A stretch of 64,000 nt of DNA from Macrostomum lignano (taxonomy: Eukaryota), in assembly GCA_002269645.1 (NCBI GenBank), contig NIVC01003142.1:1-64000 (forward strand). The letters are read 5' to 3'. Below are positions 34,100-45,399 of the stretch, in pieces (within the stretch, counting starts at the first letter, position 1; the number at the start of each line of letters is the position of its first letter). The translations under genes were made by a program, and so were the position numbers. Under the pieces are notes generated by a model, which ran no database searches, was not told the DNA's origin, and was given only the letters and a program-made list of their open reading frames with translations.

Positions 34100-36200
34100 G
34101 GCTAACATCATTGCGAAAGTGTACACCAAAGTCAGTGCCAACAGTTAGGGCCAAGCACAGATGGGCATGCAGAGAAATCAATGCCCACCTCTGGCATTGT
34201 GCCATGACCTCCACTACTGCAGACTGCCAAGCACTGACCTTGGACAAGTTGCAAGCAGCGTTGCAAACCATGGACACCAACAGGGACACTAGCATGGACA
34301 ACATCCACCCAAAGCTGCTGAAGGCGCTACCCCAAGAGGCACTTCAAGAGGTCCTGAAGCTGTTCAATTGGCTGTATGACTATGGCTTTGCTCCATAGAA
34401 CTGGCGCATGGCCTGCATCATTCTGTTGCTAAAAATGATAAACCAGCCAAGGATATCAGTTGCTGCTGCTGTTTATCATCTTTATAGACAACTGCTAAGA
34501 CAGTTGGACTCTATCCCAGACCTGCAGGTTAGCGGCTACGCCAACAATCTGGCCACCTGGACTAGCAACATAGGACCCACTGCAGCGACTGCTATGCAGT
34601 AGGCGGTGGTTGACGTTTTACAGTCATGGAATGAGATCTGGCTGCTGCCTGTGGCCACAGACAAGTGTTTGCTTACCCTGTTCTCTAGTGATCCTGCGTT
34701 GACCCCACAACCAATGCAGTGGATTGAGCAGCCCAAATTCCTTGGGCTTATATTTGACAGGCAACTGAAGTTCACGGTGCATATGGACAATGTGATATCC
34801 ATCTGTTGGAACTGCCTCAATCTGCTATAATGCCTCACAGGCAGCTCTAGGGGCTGGCATGCTGAGCTGGTACGCAGCACTTACATCTCCCTCATCTGCA
34901 ACAAAATGCTCTATAGGTCTTGTGCTTGGATGCTGTGGCTCACTTACACTGTCTGGCGGAAACTGGAGGTGGTGCAGCATAGCGCAGAGTGATCATTACT
35001 GGAGCAGTTGCTACCACCCCCATTGAGACCCTCTGCTGCGACAATAGGCTGCTCTTGGTCCAACAACAGTGTGAGATACTTTGGAGCACCAAGCTTGACC
35101 AGTAACTTAGGCTAAAGGCCAGCTTGCCTAGACCCTGTCTCACTAGCCAGCCAACCAGACAAAGGCTGAAGCAGCAAGTCTAGAGCCCAGGCCTAGAGAG
35201 GCCTTACTAGTGCTGACCTGGCTGAAGTGGCTTGGCTTGTTAGATGCAGCGGACCTCCCTCCCTGGCAGAATTGGAGAAACTACGTCACTTTCACCATAT
35301 CAACCAACAAAGCTAGGCAAGTGACATGCGCTAGAAACCTTGAGATGGCGCAAGCAAAGCTCACTCAGGCATGCCCCAACCCCGACATCACCATCTTCAT
35401 GGATGGGTGACAGGTCAGTGCAGAAGGAGGGAGGAGGCGGTGGAGCCATTCTATCATTTACCAAAAAGGGCACTAGTTAGATGGGCAAACCAGCAACCAG
35501 ACCAGTCTTCAGGGGGGGGGGGCAGCCGGTCTCCTTGCTGCAAGCAGAACTCATGGCCCTGGAACTCGTGCTAGCTTGGCTCAGTGAGCAACGGGACTGG
35601 AACACTGCACTGGTGGCCTTGGACAACAAGAGTGGCCTTTTAGCAGTGCTGAGGGTACAACCCACTTGAAATCAAGATCTGCAAACTGCTTGACAAGATC
35701 AGTCTTTCCGGATGGAAGATTGTGCTCTGCTGGATGCTGGCCCACTGCAGGTTAGAAGGCAACCAGGCTATGGACAGAATAGCCAAAGTGATAATACTGC
35801 CCTAGGAGGCGGGATTCCTGGCCAGTGTGGTCTGCCGATGGCTAGCAGCTGACACTAAGACCAAGAGCAAAAATAGCAAGCACTGGACCCACAGCAGGAT
35901 GGTAGGCACATATGGCAGCCTTGGTATGGCGAGACACCTAGACTACAAGGATAGGGCAGAAGCAGTCAGCTTTATGCATTTTTGCACTGGCCACTTGCTA
36001 AAGCTAGGGGCCTACTGTCGCAGGATAGGATAGACCACTGATGCAACCTGCCTAGCATGTGGGACTGAGGACAAAACAGTTAAGCATTTGAGCTGCTATT
36101 GCCTAGCCACAGAGCTCAGGAGAAGTCTAGATGGGCCCACCAAGCTGCAACACCTCAACGAGCACCCAGAGGCAGCGCTCAGGTACTGGGCCTAGTACCG
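34100..36200 (+). mobile_element. Degraded non-LTR retrotransposon ORF2 (RT + RNase H + C-terminal zinc motif), I/Ingi/Loa-like group
   Basis: DNIHPKLLKAL...W..ACIILLLK; YANN (decayed YADD); PKFLGLIFDRQLKF; RNase H ITIFMDG, QAELMAL, HCRLEGNQAMD; CLACGTEDKTVKHL..C; followed by an (AAC)n tail. Many stops and frameshifts. Confidence 0.88.
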
Positions 36201-36250
36201 CACATGGTGGAACCAACTGAGCAGTAGCAAAGGATGTTGCACTTTAGCTA

Positions 36251-37830
36251 TAACAATAATAACAACAACAACAGCAGCAGCAGTACCAATAGCACCAGTA
36301 GCAAGAACAGCAACAGCAGCACTAGCGGCACTAGCAGCAAGAACAGCACCAGCAGCAATAGCAGCACTAGCAGCACTAGCAGCAAGAACAGCAATAGCAG
36401 CAAGAACAGCAATAGCTGCACCAGCAGCAAGAACAGCAATAGCAGCACCAGCAGCAAGAATAGCAATAGCAGCACCAGCAGCAAGAACAGCAACAGCAGC
36501 ACCAGTAGCAAGAACAGCAACAGCAGCACCAGTAGCAAGAACAGCAACAGCAGCACTAGCAGCACCAGCAGCAAGAACAGCAATAGCAGCACCAGCAGCA
36601 AGAATAGCAACAGCAGCACTAGCAGCACCAGCAGCAAGAACAACAACAGCAGCACCAGCAGCAAGAACAGCAACAGCAGCACCAGTAGGAAGAACAGCAA
36701 CAGCAGCACCAGTAGCAAGAACAGCAATAGCAGCACTAGCAGCACTAGCAGCAAGAACAGCAATAGCAGCAAGAACAGCAATAGCTGCACCAGCAGCAAG
36801 AACAGCAATAGCAGCACCAGCAGCAAGAATAGCAATAGCAGCACCAGTAGGAAGAACAGCAACAGCAGCACCAGTAGCAAGAACAGCAACAGCAGCACCA
36901 GTAGCAAGAACAGCAACAGCAGCACTAGCAGCACCAGCAGCAAGAACAGCAATAGCAGCACCAGCAGCAATAATAGCAACAGCAGCACTAGCAGCACCAG
37001 CAGCAAGAACAGCAACAGCAGCACCAGCAGCAAGAACAGCAACAGCAGCACCAGTAGGAAGAACAGCAACAGCAGCACCAGTAGCAAGAACAGCAACAGC
37101 AGCACTAGCAGCACCAGCAGCAAGAACAGCACTAGCAGCATCAGCAGCAAGAACAGCAATAGCAGCACCAGTAGCAAGAACAGCAACAGCAGCACCAGTA
37201 GCAAGAACAGCAACAGCAGCACTAGTAGCACCAGCAGCAAGAACAGCAATAGCAGCACCAGAAGCAAGAATAGCAACAGCAGCACTAGCAGCACCAGCAG
37301 CAAGAATAGCAACAGCAGCACTAGCAGCACCAGCAGCAAGAACAGCAACAGCAGCAAGAACAGCAACAGCAGCACTACTATTGGAGGCAGAAGGTGGGCT
37401 TGGACCCGGCTGGAAATTGCTCTTTTTGCAACGAATAAGAATTGAAAGACTACTGGATGACGTGTAGTAGATGGGACTCTATCAGGATTTGGTGTGGAGT
37501 GGAAGGAATAAGATCGCTTCAAGACGAGCCCAAGGTTTTAAAATTCCTTCAGCTGGCCCACCCACGGTGGCTCAGCTGAATGGTTTCCTGGCCGAAGACA
37601 CACACACAGCAGCACTAGCAGCACCAGCAGCAAGAACAGCAATAGCAGCACCAGTAGCAAGAACAGCAACAGCAGCACCAGTAGCAAGAACAGCAACAGC
37701 AGCACCAGTAGCAAGAATAGCAACAGCAGCACTAGCAGCACCAGCAGCAAGAACAGCAATAGCAGCACCAGCAGCAAGAATAGCAATAGCAGCACCAGCA
37801 GCAAGAACAGCAACAACAACAGCAGCAAAA
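36251..37830. repeat. AGC/AAC/ACC-based cryptic minisatellite (24/33-bp units such as AGCAGCAAGAACAGCAACAGCAGCACC), interrupted at ~37380-37607
   Basis: Trinucleotide-phased tandem units; gives S/N/T/K, poly-L and A/T/P/R ORFs. Confidence 0.95.
37379..37607 (+). mobile_element. 5'-truncated LINE 3' end with (CA)n tail, inserted in the satellite
   Basis: A unique segment reading GNCSFCNE*ELKDYWMTC (C..C...C zinc-knuckle-like), ending GACACACACAC; AGCAGCACTA on both sides. Confidence 0.5.
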
Positions 37831-39023
37831 GATTGCCTTAGACTAACAGCAGGATGATGCGCTGATGGAGAGCTCCATTAATAAGGATGTTTGACTATAA
37901 TTTTTCCTTAGCAGGTCTAGCCTACAGTGTTTACTCTTATTCCCAGAGCTTCTAAGGAGAAAGACATCCTAATACACTCCAGTGGCTATAGCCAATAGTT
38001 CCACCATGGAGCCAGAACATACTGGAGGTACATAGTCAGAAATGCGCATACTAAATGTACTGCCTCAGCTAATTGAGGCAAATGGCATATACATTAATGG
38101 TAAGAATGAGCATACTTCCCTAGAAGACATTTTATTTCTCAAACTTAGCAGATCTTGCCTGCCATGCCATTTTTAGCAAATCTTTTCAATCTATTTGGTT
38201 CTTGCAAGATCTTTTACAAATGGAGGTACATTTATTTTGTTATTAGTTTGGCTAAAGTGTTTTAGATGAATTATATTTTATTTTATGACAAAACAGGACT
38301 ATAAACTTAGGAAAATGCAATTTGAAGCATTTCATAAGATATTAGAAATCTGCTTCATCTTGCAAGATATGTGCAAACTAAAAAGTCAAACATTTTTTGA
38401 AAAGTTTTGTTCCTAAATAATCTTGTTTAAATAATTGAATTTGCATTGAAATTGCACTTATCTAATAGTTTTTGTTAGTGCTATAAACTTAAGACTTAAA
38501 ACATTGTTTATTTAATTAAAAATGGGACATTTTGATTAAAAAATTTGCATTGCTATTTGTTAAAAATTGAATAATTTAGCTACTTTCCAATTTCTTGGTC
38601 TATTTTGATTAGTAGTTGTGATTGATAATACCAATTTATCTGACAATTATTATACAGCTTATATAAAGTATCAATTAGATATGTCAATTAGGTCAAAAAG
38701 ATCCAAAGTGTGACATTGTGGCGATATGCTAGTGTATTTTTATTATTGCAATATTATGCTTTGTGCATTCTTAGTTAGTTAGTATTTGCGTGCGCGCTGA
38801 TTGGCTAGTGTGTTTCAGTGCATGTGCACTGCGTCGGGTTGTTTGCGTTTTACGCGTGGCTAGCATGGTGGGGTCTGAGCAGTCAGGCTAACCACCCTCT
38901 TTAGTCCTAGGGTTGATGAATAAGAATAAACAAGTCATATAAGAGCCCAGTTGTGTGTACTGGCTCTCCACGTTCAACTTTCCTACGCATTCACTACAAG
39001 CCTTTAGCTTCAATATATTACAA

Positions 39024-39076
39024 TGGCGACGAGGATGGGATACGAACCCACGCGGGGAAACCCCAATGGATTAGCA
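39024..39076 (-). other. 53-nt copy of the 3' half of mature tRNA-Ser(GCT) (positions 33-76) occupying the PBS
   Basis: The minus strand reads TGCTAA TCCAT T GGGG-TTT-CCCC GC GTGGG TTCGTAT CCCAT CCTCGTC G CCA: anticodon GCT, long variable-arm hairpin, T-arm, acceptor strand, G73 discriminator, CCA. Confidence 0.93.
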
Positions 39077-39080
39077 TACC

Positions 39081-40436
39081 GTGTTGAGAAACTTGTGTCT
39101 ACCTGCCAAGGTCTCCGACAAGTCTCTGGCCCAGTTGACCAAGATTCTGGAGGACCACTACGCTCCAAAGCCGTCCGAGTTGGCAGCCAGATTTCGGTTC
39201 CAAAGACGCCTGCAGCAGCCTGGCGAGAGCCTTGCCAAGTTCGTTGCCAGCCTGAAGGCCTTGTCAAGTCACTGCAATTTCAGTGCTTCCCCGTGTGAGC
39301 ACTGTCACTTCGGCGGCACTCTAGATGAGCGACTGCGAGACCAGCTGGTTTTCGGCCTGCACAGCGATGCCTACCGAGCGAAGCTGCTGGAGGAGAAAAA
39401 TCCCACCTTCAACTCGCTGCAGGAGAGAGTTCTATCCCTCGAGGCAGTGGAGCGGTCATCATCGGAGATGGCGCAGAAGTCAGCAGCACAAGTAGCCCAG
39501 CTGCGCGCTCACCAGCTGAATAAGCGCCAAGGACCCAAGCCAGCGCTCGAAGGTTCGCAGCAGCGCAAGGGCGGTGGCAACAACAGCAGAAGCGGAGTCG
39601 GCAGCAGCGGCAACACCGGCAGTGGCACCTGTGCAAGCTGCAGCGGTGCTCACAGTCGCCAGCAGTGTAAGCTGCGAGACGCTAAATGCCACGCGTGCGG
39701 AAAGACGGGCAATATTCGCAAGGTCTGTCGCTCAGCCAAGCTGCATTTTCTACAAGAAGCGACACCGACACCACCACCGGAAGCCTCCGCGCAGCTGCCG
39801 ATTTTTGCCGTGCAGCCGGCTGGTGGCAATGCGGGTCCGACGGTGCAGCTGCAAGTCAATGGCCAGCCATGCCGGTTTGTCATCGATACGGGCTCCGCCG
39901 TCACTCTGATGCCCGAGTTTCTGCAGCTCATGCTTCTACCGCGGCTCTCCATGTCACCGTCCGTTGCTGTCCTACGCACCTTCACCGACGAGCAGTTCCG
40001 CCCTCTCGGCCAAGCGTTGGTCTCCGTTCAGCAAGATGGTCAGCAGCTGCAGTTGCCCCTGCTGATCATCAAGCACGGCGACACGGCCCTGCTCGGTCGC
40101 GACTGGCTGGCCAAGCTGCGGCTAGACTGGCCGAGCATCATGGCGCAGGTTCACGCCGTCCACGACTCCGAAGACATCGGCAGCATCGTCAAGGAGTTCG
40201 CACCAGTCTTCGAGGACGGCCTAGGCGAGTTCCGGCACGGCCAGGTGCGGCTTCAAGTCTCCGAGGACGCTCAGCCCAGGTTCTTCAAGGCGCGGCCGGT
40301 CCCCTACGCGCTGCGCGAGCGCGTCGACGCCGAACTGCAGCGCATGGAGTCCAGTGGCATCATAACCGCCGTGAAGCACAGCGACTGGGCTGCGCCGATC
40401 GTGCCGGTTCGGCACGATCCGGCACGAACAAGCTGA
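39081..40436 (+). CDS. gag-pol: Gag (N-terminally truncated) + aspartic protease + start of RT
   Basis: LRNLC..K.SDKSL..L.KILEDHYAPKPSE..ARFRF..R.Q.PGES; two Cys knuckles (CASCSGAHSRQQC, CHACGKTGNIRKVC); IDTGS protease; LLGRDWL; WAAPIVPV. Confidence 0.9.
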   Translation: MLRNLCLPAKVSDKSLAQLTKILEDHYAPKPSELAARFRFQRRLQQPGESLAKFVASLKALSSHCNFSASPCEHCHFGGTLDERLRDQLVFGLHSDAYRAKLLEEKNPTFNSLQERVLSLEAVERSSSEMAQKSAAQVAQLRAHQLNKRQGPKPALEGSQQRKGGGNNSRSGVGSSGNTGSGTCASCSGAHSRQQCKLRDAKCHACGKTGNIRKVCRSAKLHFLQEATPTPPPEASAQLPIFAVQPAGGNAGPTVQLQVNGQPCRFVIDTGSAVTLMPEFLQLMLLPRLSMSPSVAVLRTFTDEQFRPLGQALVSVQQDGQQLQLPLLIIKHGDTALLGRDWLAKLRLDWPSIMAQVHAVHDSEDIGSIVKEFAPVFEDGLGEFRHGQVRLQVSEDAQPRFFKARPVPYALRERVDAELQRMESSGIITAVKHSDWAAPIVPVRHDPARTS

Positions 40437-42898
40437 CATACAACGCGGCGAGCAAGCCGGAGCACTACCCGCTGCCCCGCATCGAGGACCTCTTCGCCAA
40501 GCTCGGCGGCGGCTGCAAGTGGACCAAGCTCGATCTGTCCAACGCCTTCTTGCAGCTTCCTCTGGCCGACGACAGCAAGGCGTTTCTCACTATCAACACG
40601 CCCAGAGGCCTCTTCCAGGTCAATCGCCTCCCATTCGGCATAACGAGCGCCAGCGCGATCTTTCAACGCACCCTGGACACCCTGCTGGGAGACCTGGATG
40701 CCGTCCAAGTCTTCGTCGACGACATTCTGGTCACCGGCAGCACCCTGCAACAGCACAAGAGGAACCTGGCGCTGGTCCTGCGGCGCTTGAAGGACGCCGG
40801 CCTGCGGCTCAACAAAGAGAAATGCAAATTCTTCGAAGACTCTGTTGAGTACCTCGGCCATCGGATCGACGCCAGCGGACTCAAGCCGCTGCCGGACCGG
40901 GTCGCCGCCGTCCAGGACGCGCCAGCACCCAAGGACGTCAGCCAGCTGCGCTCGTTTCTGGGCATGCTAGCGCAGTACTGCAAGTTCCTGCCCAACTTGT
41001 CTACCGTCCTGGCGCCGCTCCACCAGCTCTTGGCCAAGAACACCCGCTGGTCATGGGGGCCACCGCAGCAACAGGCATTTGCAGAGGCCAAGCGGCTGCT
41101 GCTCGAGTCACCGGTTCTCGTGCACTACAATCCGAATCTGCCGCTGCGATTAGAGTGTGACGCCTCTCCCTACGGCCTGGGGGTCGTCTTGACGCACCGC
41201 ATCGACGACAAGGACTGCGCGGTCGCCTTCGCTAGCCGCAGCCTAACAGCAGCGCAGCGCGGCTACTCCCAGCTGGACAAGGAGGCGCTGGCCATCATGT
41301 TTGGTCTGCACCGGTTTCACCAGTTCCTCTATGGCCGGCGGTTCACCATCGTCACCGACCATCTGCCGCTGCTGGGTCTGCTGGGCGAGCGCAAGGGCAT
41401 TCCGGCACACGCGGCCGCCCGGATGCAGCGCTGGGCCATTCGGCTGTCGAGCTACGACTACACGCTGGAGTTCCGGCCGACCGAAAAGCATGCCAACTGC
41501 GACTCGCTCTCGCGGCTGCCGCTGCCGCACCTGTTCGAGGAGGAGCCGGCCGTCAACTCGCTGCTGCTCGACGAGGGCTCCGGATCGGCCATCACGGCGC
41601 TGGCGGTGGCGCGGCACACTAGGACAGACGTCTCACTCGGTCGGGTGCTTCGCTGCTTGCAGACCGGCGCGCCCATCGGCGACGACCTGAGCGACTTCGC
41701 CCGGCGGCAGTCGGAGCTGTCAGTCGACCAAGACTGTGTCCTGTGGGGCGCAAGGGTCGTTGTGCCTACAGCGCTGCGTCGACGCGTGATCCAAGAGCTA
41801 CATCAGGCGCATCCCGGCATCAGCAGAATGCGCGCCCTGGCTCGCAGCTACGTGTGGTGGCCCGGCCTCGACGGCGATCTGGAAGCTGCGGCCAAGTCCT
41901 GCCGCACCTGTCAGCTCAACCAGCCCGACCCGCCCAAGGCGCCGGTGCAACCGTGGCCTCTGCCATCCGAACCGTGGGAGCGCCTGCACATCGACTTTGC
42001 TGGTCCGGTCGACGGTCATACGTACCTGGTGGTAGTCGATGCTCATAGCAAGTGGCCGGAGGTCCAGCGGATGCGCGGTACAACGTCGGCGGCCACCATC
42101 GCGGCTCTGCGGGAGATGTTCGCGCGCCAAGGCATTCCGCGCACCCTGGTGTCCGACAACGGGCCGCAGTTCGCCTCCGCCGAGTTCGCCGAGTTTACCC
42201 GGGCCAACGGCATTCGTCACGTGTTCTCGGCGCCGTTTCATCCCGCCACCAACGGCCAGGCCGAGAGGTTTGTGCAAGTCCTGAAGCGACATCTGCTCAA
42301 GAGCGGCCACTCTGACGTCGAGCTTCAGCGACTGCTGCTCAGCTACCGCAACACCCCACACAGCATCAGCGGCGCAGCCCCGAGTCAGCTGCTCATCGGC
42401 CGTCGGCTTCGCTGCCGTCTGGACCTCCTGGCACCGTCGCTGGCTGACGACGTCCAACGGCGGCAAGAGCGGCAGCTGCAGGGACGCAGACCAGCGCGCG
42501 AGTTTCAGCCGGGTGATCACGTCCTCCTCCGCGACTACAGCGCCGGCGCGAGAGCCGGCGACACGCCACGCTGGGCTGAGGGTGTCGTCACGGGCGCCGG
42601 CAGCCGCAACTACACGGTTGACTCGGAGCGAGGCCAGCACTTCCGGCACGCTGATCAGCTGGTGGCAGCCCGCGCTGACTCCGCCGACACCGTCCATCCG
42701 CCGCCTGCTACGGATGACGGCGCCGCCCCGAGTGACAGCGGCGTGCAAAGCGCTGACGCCGCAGCCGTCGCCGACACGGCCTGCGGGGCGTCATCCGGCA
42801 CTGACGACGAGCATGCGAGCGGCGTGCGACACGAGCCGGGCACTACACGGCGGTACCCACTGAGGGTTCGAGGCCCACCTCAGAGACTTCAGCTGTGA
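40420..42898 (+). CDS. pol: Pol remainder: reverse transcriptase, RNase H, integrase
   Basis: YPLPRIEDLF, LDLSNAFLQ, RLPFG, FVDDIL, YLGHRI; CDASPYGLG, YSQLDKEALA, TDHLPL; HPG...C..C zinc finger, HIDFAG, SDNGPQF, NGQAERFVQ. Confidence 0.95.
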
Positions 42899-44211
42899 AG
42901 GGGAGAACTGACTCAGGGGGGAAGTGTGACATTGTGGCGATATGCTAGTGTATTTTTATTATTGCAATATTATGCTTTGTGCATTCTTAGTTAGTTAGTA
43001 TTTGCGTGCGCGCTGATTGGCTAGTGTGTTTCAGTGCATGTGCACTGCGTCGGGTTGTTTGCGTTTTACGCGTGGCTAGCATGGTGGGGTCTGAGCAGTC
43101 AGGCTAACCACCCTCTTTAGTCCTAGGGTTGATGAATAAGAATAAACAAGTCATATAAGAGCCCAGTTGTGTGTACTGGCTCTCCACGTTCAACTTTCCT
43201 ACGCATTCACTACAAGCCTTTAGCTTCAATATATTACACAAAGAAAAAAAATTGAACTCAAGAAACTCTAAACATCTTTTTAATTCTTTGGTTTAGCAGT
43301 ACCAAAAGTTAGTGGAGTGCTTTCTCTAGGCTCCTATTAGTAACTCTATTCCCTAAGGTAAGGAATAAAGATTTTTCTTTAATAAGTGTTTACTTTGTAC
43401 ATTTTTATGTCAGCACTGTGCTAATATTAGTGATTTTTACCAAATTGTTCAACTTTGATTTTTGAACTTCATTATTTTAACTAGACTCTTTTTGCCTAGG
43501 CCTAGCTATAGTTTATAACTAGACCAAGCTAACTTGCTAAAAAAATCAGGTGAATAAAAAGTGGGAGTATAGTCCACTTTAGCAAACTCCTATTTGAGAG
43601 AATAGGGGCATTGAGACAATAATAAATCAATATATTGAAAGGCCCTAGTCTACAAATTTGTAAGTCAAGCTTTTAATAGCCTAGCTAGTTAGTTATATCT
43701 ATTGTAAATTTCAATTGTAAATATGATTATTTAATACAATCAGTTATAGTATGGATATATTGTCCTTTAAAGTTTTTTAGCCTTTTAAAGTTAATGACTT
43801 CCTTATTTATCTTTATTTTGGCTTGCTATTGGAATAAATGTTGAAAACACATGGACAAATACTTTAGCCTAGCTAAATTGCCTATCAAATTACTTTATAT
43901 ATTATGCATATTATATTAGGATGCTAATAAATTATATTGAGATATGATTTTTACAATTGAGCCAATTTTTTAGAACTATAATCTATCTTTTTTATATAAA
44001 TTACAATCCAAAATAGACACTGTATTAGAGCTAACTAACTAAAAATATTTCTACTTGCCTTTTCAGTTTACTAATTTTGAGAAGTTGAAGTGGTCAAAGG
44101 TGAGCTGGCTGTTTATTTTTTACCAGTTTTAATATTTCTATAGTATTGGTTTAGTAGAGTTTTTTATAACATTTCTATTCTACCTTTAATTAAGGTGAGA
44201 AACAAATTAAT

Positions 44212-44880
44212 CTCTACATATAAAAATCAAAACTCTGTGTGTCTGTGGACAATTTTGTTCGCTATGGACTCCTAAACCGCTCAACCAAATGACACCAAAC
44301 TTTACACCCACCCTAAACTTACTACGGAGAATGTCTTAGGCTACCTTTTAATTTCCTAGACTCAAGTCTTCCTACCTAAAAGTGCAAAAAACTGCTCAAA
44401 ATGCGCAATTTTTTCACTAAATCCTCCATAGCGCCGCTCCACTTCTACCGATTCTCTTCAAATTTGACACAGATAATCTTAAACTATTTTGGCACAATCA
44501 TGTAAAATTTCGAGTCTCAAAGTTAATCCTGAGCGGTGCTGTGCACTTTTAAAATTAGGCTGTTTTTTTCAGCATAGCAACCACCCCAACCTCCACCCGC
44601 CTACCTCTCTTTCCCGATCTGGGCAAAGGGTGCAAATAGGTTTTTAAACGACTAACTTTGGGCTGCCATAAGTTTGCTTCACGTGAAGCGATTAACTTCA
44701 AATTTGACACAATTCTTCATTAACTTATTCTCTGTCTAAATGTAAAGTCTCAACTCTGTATCTCAATCAGGACAGAAACTGTAAGCATGTGAAGTTTGTC
44801 TGCTTTTTCTGTTGTTTGTGCCACTCACTCACTCATTCCCCCAAAGCCAGACGAAGGGTCAGGCGATAGGACTGAATGTA
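44212..44880 (+). mobile_element. Possible DINE-1/Helentron-associated non-autonomous element
   Basis: The 5' block CTCTACATATAAAAAT...TGTGTGTCTGT...TTGTTCGCTATGGACTCCTAAACCGCTCAACCAAAT resembles DINE/HINE cores as I recall them; internal repeated CTTCAAATTTGACACA. The 3' boundary is uncertain. Confidence 0.4.
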
Positions 44881-45399
44881 CATAGCAAATGTACAGTGTT
44901 TTGGAATAACTTTATTTATAGCCTTCTCTGTACCCTGAGAGTGGAGAGGCTACGTTTAGCCATAACAGTTTAGTGAGAAATTCTAACCACTGCCCTCCCC
45001 TCTGTATTGGCAAACTCTGCAGCAGTTTAACAGTGGATGGCAATTGGCAAATCAAAAAAAATCTAGCATGGTTTGTAAAAGCGAAAGATTTATGAAAAGG
45101 CGATGCGATGCAATGCAATACAACCCTACTAAATTAGGCACACCATGGAAATTTTAGGTTTCTTTTAAAGGTACTGTGTAAATTTTAAATGTCCTCCTAA
45201 GAAATGTGCATTTCCTTGGTTGTTAGACTGATGCAGACTGCAGTGGAGCTGAAGATACACAAATTCCTTTCAGGGCTGCAAATTGGCAAGAAAGATGACG
45301 TGATCAAAGCATGGAACAACCATGTGAGTGGCCAGATAAAGAATCCAGCTCATGGCTGAGGGGCAGATTAGAGTGGAAAGAAGAAGGAATAGACGATTC

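Larger units (their letters stand above)
38709..43238 (+). mobile_element. Ty3/Gypsy LTR retrotransposon, Mag-like, recent insertion
   Basis: LTRs 38709-39022 and 42925-43238 (314 bp, TG...CA, no difference seen by eye); TSD CAAAG (38704-38708, 43239-43243); PBS TGGCGACGAG; polypurine tract AGGGGGGAAG before the 3' LTR; domain order PR-RT-RH-IN. Confidence 0.98.

Noticed and set aside
39024-39076. A tRNA-Ser gene
   Set aside because: Only positions 33-76 are present, CCA is encoded, and it sits antisense at the PBS of an LTR element. It is a primer copy, not a gene.
40400-40436. Programmed gag-pol ribosomal frameshift
   Set aside because: The break lies inside RT after the protease, conserved residues are missing, and no slippery heptamer is evident. 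It is a deletion or an assembly error.
39409-42863. Many overlapping antisense and alternative-frame ORFs in the LTR element
   Set aside because: Expected shadow ORFs of GC-rich coding sequence; no motifs.
44067-45323. Two exon-like pieces on + (44067-44099; 45274-45323 ending KAWNNH)
   Set aside because: Good splice signals, but the open frames are not phase-compatible and I could not build a gene. Possibly remnants of a transposon gene.
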